DNA from: Candidatus Heimdallarchaeota archaeon
GTDB lineage: Archaea > Asgardarchaeota > Heimdallarchaeia > JABLTI01
Length of the DNA stretch: 32,000 nucleotides
Assembly (NCBI GenBank): GCA_030614005.1
Contig: JAUWKS010000011.1
Coordinates: forward strand, 1-32,000
Direction of reading: 5' to 3'
Part shown: positions 1 through 7,129 of the stretch, piece by piece
How the letters are laid out: the number at the start of each line of letters is the position of its first letter
How positions within the stretch are numbered: position 1 is the stretch's first letter
Position numbers and translations under genes: made by a program
The notes under the pieces: model-generated
Seen by the model: the letters and a program-made list of their open reading frames with translations, nothing else
What the model was told of the DNA's origin: nothing
Databases searched by the model: none

Positions 1-638
1 TTCAGTTTTACTCGAGGACAAGGAATGCGGTTCGGCATTCACGCTCATTTCCATAATCATGGAATAAACAAAGGGTTGATTTTAGGTATCTTCCAAACAG
101 CTGGTATTATCTCTTTTGGATTAGGTGTTGTTTCAGACAAGAGAATTGTTACTGCTGGAACAGGAATTTTTGATTCAATGAATATTAATGTCCATCCATT
201 CTGCGTAGCTATTGCAAAGGAAGTTTAAAGCTATTCTGCTGTATCAAAAACATCAATATCGCTTACACAAGGTGGTAAGAATACAACCTATACAATTTCT
301 GTTGAAACTACTAATTTAAACGAAACATTTAGTGGTAATACATCTATGGTTATCTTCAAAGTTAGTGCTTATGTTTACTTAGAAGGTTCAGATTTAGAAC
401 CTGATTATGTTCTTCTAACTAATCTAAGTCAAGATAATATCTATACTGGAAATTTTACTGGCACAGAAAAAGGCAATTATTACATTGACTTCGAAGTTCT
501 GGGTATGGTTTGGAAGTAATTAGAAATGTTGTGGATTTCAGAGTCAAGGCACTTCCCGGATTTAATATCTGGCTTGTACCCATTGGATTATCCGTTGTTG
601 TAATTGTAATAAAAATTACAAGAAGGAAGAAAAAATGA
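1..638 (+). pseudogene. Interrupted surface (Ig-like) protein ending in a PGF-CTERM-like sorting signal; 5' part outside the window
   Basis: Frame 1 is open 1-225, has a TAA at 226-228, then is open again 229-516 with Ser/Thr/Asn-rich beta-strand sequence (SKTSISLTQGGKNTTYTISVETTNLNETF...GNYYIDFEV). Near 497-503 the reading continues in frame 3: GYGLEVIRNVVDFRVKA-LPGF-NIWLVPIGLSVVVIVIKIT-RRKKK*, stop at 636-638. The true frame upstream of 229 is uncertain. The ORF track misses this feature. Confidence 0.7.
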
Positions 639-707
639 TTCTTCCTTATCAGTTATTTTTATTGTGCTATCTAATGCCTTAGTTATCCTTATCAACCAGA
701 GCTTTTT

Positions 708-1820
708 CTAGAAGAACTGCTTCACAGATTTGGCAATATCTTCTGGAGCAGCTTCAGCAATTGGTTCATTGTGAAGTAACTCCATAAATCCAACGTCAGC
801 GGTATAATTAGGAACCAATATCGGTCTAGTTACAATCTTAATATTAATTCTAAAGTGGTTTGAAAGATTTTCTCCAATTGGTCCTAAGAAAACAGCCATG
901 TTAACAGACCTGGCATTTCTTCCGTTAAATAATGCGGCTAATGCTTTTGCAATTTCCAATCCGAAGAGTTCTGTTTCTTTTTCAGTGAATTCTGTTAAGT
1001 CTGTTTTATCCAATTTCACTATTCCTGTTAATTCATTTTTGCCAAATGGAGAATATGTTGCAACCCAGCTCATAAAATCATTATCAGAAATGAAACGATC
1101 TTTTAACGTTCTTTCAGAATTAATTAGATCCAACCAATAATTGCTACCATTTTCTTTGAAATATTGCTCAGATTTTAGTACTAAGTCTTCAGTTATTTTG
1201 GTTGGTTTTATGTCTTGTATTATTTGAATATGGGGATGTAGAATTGATGATGCAGATGGTGGTAGGAAGTTAAAATTGAACGATGGATATTTTACTTGTT
1301 TGTCTGAATTGTAGACTGCTTTAAAATATTTGATAGAACCTTGAACAGCATTTTTCCAAGTTTTCGCAGAGATTTTATTCATTGGTGTAAAATGTTGACC
1401 ACCTAATGTTCCAACAGCATGAAATTCAGAAAATACAAATAGATTTGGGAATAAAGTGAAATCATCAACAATAATGCGTTCTCCCAATCCTAATTTATCT
1501 GGGAATTTTGGTGTGGACTTTAGAACTTTTTCGGGGCAAAAAAAGCACTTTTGACCAGATTTATTGACTAAATCATCTAAATTTGTTTGAAAACTCTCAT
1601 TAGGACTTGCTGCTTGTTTAACACGTTCAGCTCTAAGAGTATTAACTCTTGACCAATGGTTGAGTAGTGGATCTTTTCTGAATTCTATTTTTTGTTCTAC
1701 TGTTTCGAAATTCTCTAGAGGACTTTTGATAGAGGCGAAACGAATTTTCTTTTCAAATTGAATCCCACCGCTTCCTTTAGTTATTATAATCTGATCTTTT
1801 GAATCTTTTATTGGAGTCAT
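708..1820 (-). CDS. galT: Galactose-1-phosphate uridylyltransferase (GalT)-family nucleotidyltransferase, archaeal type
   Basis: Catalytic H-P-H-x-Q motif (NFNFLPPSASSILHPHIQ), N-terminal EFRKDPL...W...N..RAER segment, CFFCP zinc motif and FPNLF. Exact substrate not determinable. Confidence 0.8.
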   Translation of the reverse strand: MTPIKDSKDQIIITKGSGGIQFEKKIRFASIKSPLENFETVEQKIEFRKDPLLNHWSRVNTLRAERVKQAASPNESFQTNLDDLVNKSGQKCFFCPEKVLKSTPKFPDKLGLGERIIVDDFTLFPNLFVFSEFHAVGTLGGQHFTPMNKISAKTWKNAVQGSIKYFKAVYNSDKQVKYPSFNFNFLPPSASSILHPHIQIIQDIKPTKITEDLVLKSEQYFKENGSNYWLDLINSERTLKDRFISDNDFMSWVATYSPFGKNELTGIVKLDKTDLTEFTEKETELFGLEIAKALAALFNGRNARSVNMAVFLGPIGENLSNHFRINIKIVTRPILVPNYTADVGFMELLHNEPIAEAAPEDIAKSVKQFF

Positions 1821-1983
1821 TTTTCATCACAAAAGCATTTTTAAAATAATTACCTCATCTCTAAGAAATTCCTTAAAAAGTATACTATTAGAACCAACTT
1901 CTTTTTAAACATTGAACCCAATGATGAATTTGAGACCTTGTGTGATACTTACCACAAACAGTTATTTTTGAGGTTGAAGTAAC

Positions 1984-2286
1984 TTGTCAAAAGAAAAGAT
2001 TGATCGTTCCGAAGCAATTCTTCGTAAAAAAAGAAATACTAAAAAAGGACTTCAAATGCGAAATAAAATTCTCATGTATTTATACGACATTTCAGATATG
2101 CGTGTTCCAACAGCTCAAATAGCAGATAATACTGGTCTAAGTTATCAAACTGTGAATTATCATCTTAAAAGCATGTTTGACGAAGAAGTAGTCGAAAAAT
2201 TCATTATTGCAAGAAAATCCTTCTGGAAAATAACTGGTTATGGTCAACAAACAATCAAAAAATGGTTAGAAAAAAATAATCAATAA
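1984..2286 (+). CDS. Winged helix-turn-helix (ArsR-like) transcriptional regulator
   Basis: RNKILMYL...TAQIADNTGLSYQTVNYHLKSM..EEVV..W..TG is a typical wHTH pattern. TTG start; divergent from galT. Confidence 0.75.
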   Translation: MSKEKIDRSEAILRKKRNTKKGLQMRNKILMYLYDISDMRVPTAQIADNTGLSYQTVNYHLKSMFDEEVVEKFIIARKSFWKITGYGQQTIKKWLEKNNQ

Positions 2287-2501
2287 ACTGCTAACCTAGC
2301 AATTTTAATCTATTATTAAATATATTCTCATTCACTATCTTATTCTGAACCTCAGTTAATTATTATTAACAATTTTTTGAAAATTCGAAATGAATGACAT
2401 AAATACCAAATATTAATGTTCATGCGGACAGATTGCCTAAGAAAATTAAAGCAAATATTTTTGAATCACTATTGTAAACCTAAAGATGGTTGAATATATA
2501 G

Positions 2502-4031
2502 ATGTCACAAGTATCATGGTATCCCTCTAACCCAAGAAGCAGGATGAACTTTTTCCTGAGAAGTTTTCCAATCTTTATTGCACTAGTAGCCTTTCTATAT
2601 TTCGGACTTGATTGGCTTGGAGCCTTTGAATTCCTTGAATTATTGGTTAGAGAAAATTCAGCATGGCTAATGAATGTTATATTTGGGATGAGCTATGATG
2701 AGTTTACTAGAGGATATTTTGAAAGAATAGATGACGACATCTTAAATAATGGTATAGTCCGATTCGGCGAAGATTTTCCCGGAATGATTTTGAAAGGATA
2801 TCCAATTACTCTTCTAATTATACGAGCTTGTACAGGTATGGAAGCAGGAGCACTTCTTATGGCTCTGATTTTAGTTACACCAGCAAAGTGGCATAAAAAA
2901 GCAATAGCTCAAGTAGTTAATTTACTAATGATGCACATTGGTAATACTTTCAGAGTTGCATTTCACTTCTGGTTTACAAATTACCTCTTCAAGGGAGGTA
3001 TGGATGCTCATACTGCATTCTTCTGGGCACACGATATGCTAAGCAAGGTGTTCGGTTTTGTTGGCATAGTAATATTTACTTTGGTAATTGAACGAACGGG
3101 TGTTAAAATTGTTTCAACCTTTGGTGCATGGATGGACGCAATAGGTGAGGGAGTAAAACGTTTATCATGGAAAATCGAAGGACGATCATTTTATTCGAGA
3201 TTGAAAACCATTGATACTTCTAATTCTGAAAAGCTTATTGTTGTCGATGAGATAGAACAAAGTGAAGTGCCCAAATCAAATATTGAAAAAATATTTTTCT
3301 ATCCTACCAAGGAAATAAACAAGAATAAATGGAAATTTGTTGGTAAAACCTTTGGTATTTTTGCTATTGTATCTGGTGCTATATTGATGCTTGGTTTTAT
3401 TCCAGGATTTAGTAAACTTATTGCTGGTTCTTCTGATACGGTTGCTATCAATTGGTTTGGTGCATCAAGAGAATCCTTTGAACAAGTAAACTATTGGTGG
3501 ATTTCAGTTTTCACAAATGCCCGTAACGCAAATTTCAAAGTTGGATTATTTGGTACTGGCTTAGGTCTTGTTGCTTTTATGATTGGTTTAATAGTTGCTA
3601 CACCCGGAGAATGGATAAAGAAATTATGGGCAACACTCATAACTTTCATTACAATTTTCCCATTACATATCTTTACTCTTGGTTTGCAGAAATATTGGGT
3701 GTATTCTTTAGCCTCTAATGATGCATTTAGAACTAATCATCCGTTACTTTATGTTAATTTTGCAGATATTCTTGTTTCCAATTTACCAGCTGTAATCTGG
3801 TTGCTAGGTTTTACTTTATTAATGGTAATTTATCACGCTCTCGATATCAAAGCATTTTATCTAATCTTTGCTTGGCTTCATAAATTATATTTTGTTTTCC
3901 TTCAACTTGTTGGTATTCGTAAAAGTCATGATAAGGATGAAATCTTTAGTGATGCAATTGAAGGAGAAAAAGAATCTAGTGAAGTGAAAGACAAACAAGA
4001 GAAAGAAGGAAACGAACTAATTTTCTCTTGA
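2502..4031 (+). CDS. Archaeosortase/exosortase-family intramembrane transpeptidase with a second, degenerate sortase domain
   Basis: Multi-pass membrane protein with IIRA-C110-TG, G-N148-TF-R151-V and WA-H177-D family motifs. Residues ~351-398 align without gaps to ~110-157 but lack the Cys and Arg. Confidence 0.85.
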   Translation: MSQVSWYPSNPRSRMNFFLRSFPIFIALVAFLYFGLDWLGAFEFLELLVRENSAWLMNVIFGMSYDEFTRGYFERIDDDILNNGIVRFGEDFPGMILKGYPITLLIIRACTGMEAGALLMALILVTPAKWHKKAIAQVVNLLMMHIGNTFRVAFHFWFTNYLFKGGMDAHTAFFWAHDMLSKVFGFVGIVIFTLVIERTGVKIVSTFGAWMDAIGEGVKRLSWKIEGRSFYSRLKTIDTSNSEKLIVVDEIEQSEVPKSNIEKIFFYPTKEINKNKWKFVGKTFGIFAIVSGAILMLGFIPGFSKLIAGSSDTVAINWFGASRESFEQVNYWWISVFTNARNANFKVGLFGTGLGLVAFMIGLIVATPGEWIKKLWATLITFITIFPLHIFTLGLQKYWVYSLASNDAFRTNHPLLYVNFADILVSNLPAVIWLLGFTLLMVIYHALDIKAFYLIFAWLHKLYFVFLQLVGIRKSHDKDEIFSDAIEGEKESSEVKDKQEKEGNELIFS

Positions 4032-4043
4032 ATCTCTAATAAT

Positions 4044-4049
4044 AGGTGA
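4044..4049 (+). promoter_or_regulatory. Archaeal Shine-Dalgarno site AGGTGA
   Basis: AGGTGA lies 5 nt before the ATG at 4055. The same hexamer precedes the ATG at 5298 (5286-5291) and, on the minus strand, the ATG at 18829 (18838-18843). Confidence 0.7.
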
Positions 4050-4054
4050 TGATT

Positions 4055-4765
4055 ATGTCAACTAAAGATGAGAAAAGAAAGCAAAAATTCAAAGAACGTC
4101 AAGAAAGGGAGAAAGATAAACAAGCTATCGAAGAAAAAATAAAAGCTGTTTTGGAGAAGCGGAAACCATTTGATGTAAGATCTTTAGTTGAATCTCTTGG
4201 AACTGATTCTGATTTAACGCAAGAGAAAATTCTTCCTGTTATTCGTGAAATGGAGCAAAAGAAGGAATTAGTATTACAGGAACCAATTTTTGAACCAATA
4301 GATCCACCCAAGAAATTGAAAGACTATTTTTTTGCTAAAAATTATTTCTCCTATGAAACTTGGATAACTTTAACAACAATAATGTTAGTTTTAACTTTAG
4401 TATTAGTTGACGTTCGCTCTGGATTCTTCTTCTATGTCAGATATATTGTTGTCTGTTTCTTTATGTTAATTCTCTCTGGTTGGGCATTAACATCTGCGAT
4501 GTTTCCTGAATTAGATGATAATCTTCGTTTTCTGGAGAGAGTGGCTACTGCAATTGGATTAAGTATTGTGGTTTTAGTATTAGATGGTTTATTTTTGAAT
4601 TACACGTTTAGATTTACTACGAAATCAATAGCGTTGAGCTTGTCAATTTTTATACTAGTCTGCTCGGCGATCTCAATTGGTTTACGAATTAAACTCGGTC
4701 GAGATGGTTATATTTTCAAGAAAAAAGAAGATAAAACATTGATTTTTGAGGTTGCTGAAAAATGA
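4055..4765 (+). CDS. DUF1616-family membrane protein (N-terminal TM half) with a charged, wHTH-like N-terminus
   Basis: Four TM helices including GWALTSAMFP...LRFLERVATAIGLSIVVLVLDGLFLNYT, which matches the DUF1616 N-terminal signature. Start moved from the track's GTG at 4046 to the ATG at 4055 on SD spacing. Confidence 0.7.
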   Translation: MSTKDEKRKQKFKERQEREKDKQAIEEKIKAVLEKRKPFDVRSLVESLGTDSDLTQEKILPVIREMEQKKELVLQEPIFEPIDPPKKLKDYFFAKNYFSYETWITLTTIMLVLTLVLVDVRSGFFFYVRYIVVCFFMLILSGWALTSAMFPELDDNLRFLERVATAIGLSIVVLVLDGLFLNYTFRFTTKSIALSLSIFILVCSAISIGLRIKLGRDGYIFKKKEDKTLIFEVAEK

Positions 4766-5295
4766 AACGATTAGATAGTAAAACTGGAAATACTTTCCAA
4801 ACAAGAAAATTATTGTTTAGTTTTATAATTTTACTTGTGATTATTCAATCAGCAAATTTATCGGATTTCAATACAATTTCACAAGTTACTGCTGCAACTG
4901 AAGAAGAAGCCTTCGATTCAATAATAAGCGCTTTTGAGAAAATAGAGCAAGCTACTTTGGAAGGGATTACTGTTCAAAGTTATATTGATGATCTAAATAT
5001 TGCTTTGGAGAAATATCATAATGGGTTGTTTGATGAAGCATATTCTATTGCTGAAACTGTTAAGGAAGAAGTTACTGAGATAATTAATAGTGCTAGGTGG
5101 GGTAAAATATTTCCTTATGTAATTGTACCTGTAAATATCGTTTTAATTGCTGCGATTGTAGTCTTTTTTGGTAGAAATATTTTAGGTTGGTTTAGAAGAA
5201 GGCGTGATGAAGAATACCTAGACTTAGAAATAGTCTATGAAACAGCTACTCCTGAAGAAGGAATTGACCAATCAGCTGCTGAAGAAGGTGAATAA
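4762..5295 (+). CDS. Hypothetical membrane protein (N-terminal TM/signal, helical domain, C-terminal TM, RRRR and acidic tail)
   Basis: ATGA overlap with the upstream gene; two hydrophobic segments; the second is followed by WFRRRRDEEY. Confidence 0.7.
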   Translation: MKRLDSKTGNTFQTRKLLFSFIILLVIIQSANLSDFNTISQVTAATEEEAFDSIISAFEKIEQATLEGITVQSYIDDLNIALEKYHNGLFDEAYSIAETVKEEVTEIINSARWGKIFPYVIVPVNIVLIAAIVVFFGRNILGWFRRRRDEEYLDLEIVYETATPEEGIDQSAAEEGE

Positions 5296-5297
5296 TT

Positions 5298-5906
5298 ATG
5301 ACTAAGAAAAAAAGTAATACTCGAGCAAAACGAGAAGTCGACTTTGAGTTAGCAGCAAAAATTGTTTTAGTTTTAACTGTAATTGGTATTCTTGTTTCCA
5401 CAGTTCTGATCTTTACTCCTCCGATAAGTGGAGAAGAATATGCTGAATTAGGATTACTAACCTATAATGCCTCAGAAGATAAATATGAAGCAGAAAATTA
5501 CCCCACAAATTTATTGTACGATAATACAGAAGGTGTATCTGAAAATATCTCTTTGTATATTCTCTTAGGTAACCATTATGAACGAGCAAAATTCTTCGAA
5601 GTAAGATTAAAAATCGGTCTCCAATCCGTGCTAATAAATCAAGATGTCTATGGAACAAATGATACAACCTATTTCCATGAAGCTCATTGGAAGCAAAAAG
5701 TACTTGCTGTAGGAGAACAATGGACTCCTTCATCAGAAACTGAATTTAAATTTCAATTTACTTCGGCTATTTTGGATAAGCTCGGAACTAGCTCTACAGG
5801 ATACAAAATAATTTTTGAACTATGGGAATGGAATAACCAATTAGATGATTTCAGTTACTCTGGCGTTCATGTCTATGTTACTTCAGTTAAACTGGTCTTT
5901 GTATAA
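5298..5906 (+). CDS. DUF1616 C-terminal (extracytoplasmic) domain protein with one N-terminal TM helix
   Basis: TM helix followed by GEEYAELGLL...AENYPTN...LYILLGNHY...FEVRLK, resembling the DUF1616 C-terminal domain. SD at 5286-5291; 2-bp gap from the upstream gene. Confidence 0.65.
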   Translation: MTKKKSNTRAKREVDFELAAKIVLVLTVIGILVSTVLIFTPPISGEEYAELGLLTYNASEDKYEAENYPTNLLYDNTEGVSENISLYILLGNHYERAKFFEVRLKIGLQSVLINQDVYGTNDTTYFHEAHWKQKVLAVGEQWTPSSETEFKFQFTSAILDKLGTSSTGYKIIFELWEWNNQLDDFSYSGVHVYVTSVKLVFV

Positions 5907-5925
5907 AGAAAAACCGCGATTTCAT

Positions 5926-6138
5926 TTACTCATCATTCAGTAATTTGGCAATAATTTCTTTTGATTGTTGCCTAGTTTCTGGAATGACGGTATTCAATAA
6001 AATTAATGAGAAATCTTCACATTCACGAATTTTATAGGCATTTTTGGTAAGAATATATTTTCCTTTTACCAAACAAAAATTATCAATTCTTAAATGCTCA
6101 CAATTTTGGCAACAAGGACGTTCTATATTGAGATACAT
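5926..6138 (-). CDS. Small Cys-rich hypothetical protein
   Basis: 70 aa with CCQNCEH...FC...ECEDF; fills the gap between flanking genes without overlap. Confidence 0.5.
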   Translation of the reverse strand: MYLNIERPCCQNCEHLRIDNFCLVKGKYILTKNAYKIRECEDFSLILLNTVIPETRQQSKEIIAKLLNDE

Positions 6139-6201
6139 ATCAATATGTTTGAAACGAACTATTAAAATACCAATTTTTTTATGCTGTAATTATCCATTTT
6201 T

Positions 6202-7038
6202 TCAAGAACTTTTTATGACATTCAAATTTACCATTGCAATTTTACAGTGACTATTGAACGCTTTTTGCCAATAATAATCCATAATAGATGTTATCAAGGT
6301 TAGAACAATGATTGAAGCAAAAATTGACCAAAACAGTCCTGGAAAAGAAGCTCGAATGTCTATTGTTGATGTAAAATAAATAATTGATGGGACTACTGCT
6401 AAAATATGAGAAAGTACCAAAGGAATCATGTAATATGTCGGATGGAGTAGTTTTATTGGTGCTGTATCTATTTTCTGCTCTCTGATATGATTCGCTAGAC
6501 TTGCATATTTAAGATAATACATATACCACAAAATGGGTATGAAAAGAAAACAGATTGAAATAAAGAAAAGTATCAGAAGTGAAGAAGTGTTTACTTTGAT
6601 AGGCTTTGCCTTTAATTCAAGAGGATAATGTGAATGTTTCTCTAAATCCTCGAAATTGAGATAAAGGTAAATTAGAAAACAAACACCAACTGTAGCAATG
6701 CCTAAAAGAAACCAAATAAGATAATTTCGTTCTGGCACCTGTGATAAGGAAACTGGTATATTTTGATTTTGGAATTCTTCCATTTCTATTTCTTCAATAT
6801 CGGGGGAATGAAAAATTAGTTCCTCACTACTTACTGAATCTCCTTCAGGTTGCGGAGATGCCTTTTGTTTTTCAATTATTAAATTTGGTGAATCAGAATC
6901 ATCCAATTTAATAGTGTAATCTGAGGATAGCTCTTTGTTGTCATCTTGCTTATTTTCTTGCTCTATTGTCATCTCACAAAAAGGGCAAACAAATACATCG
7001 TCATCAATAGCGGAATTACAATTTGGGCAAATAGGCAT
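6202..7038 (-). CDS. Zinc-ribbon plus DUF4234-like membrane protein
   Basis: N-terminal CPNC-x10-CPFC, an acidic linker, then RNYLIWFLLGIATVGVCFLIYLY (DUF4234-like) and further TM helices. Confidence 0.7.
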   Translation of the reverse strand: MPICPNCNSAIDDDVFVCPFCEMTIEQENKQDDNKELSSDYTIKLDDSDSPNLIIEKQKASPQPEGDSVSSEELIFHSPDIEEIEMEEFQNQNIPVSLSQVPERNYLIWFLLGIATVGVCFLIYLYLNFEDLEKHSHYPLELKAKPIKVNTSSLLILFFISICFLFIPILWYMYYLKYASLANHIREQKIDTAPIKLLHPTYYMIPLVLSHILAVVPSIIYFTSTIDIRASFPGLFWSIFASIIVLTLITSIMDYYWQKAFNSHCKIAMVNLNVIKSS

Positions 7039-7129
7039 AGATAATCAACACTTAATTGTTCAAGGAAAGATTTCCATTCTTAAATTTTTACAAAAAAACC
7101 AATTCTTTTTGCATCCAAAAATTACAAAA

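Noticed and set aside
25-228. Standalone 67-aa ORF
   Set aside because: The frame is open from the window edge and continues after a single TAA into the Ig-like/PGF-CTERM sequence, so it is better read as part of an interrupted gene.
226-228. In-frame TAA as possible stop-codon recoding
   Set aside because: TAA terminates many intact genes in this window, and the same gene also has a frameshift. Decay or sequencing error is simpler.
497-503. Programmed frameshift or phase-variable tract in the PGF-CTERM gene
   Set aside because: There is no slippery heptamer, long homopolymer or short tandem repeat at the shift site (gttctgggtat).
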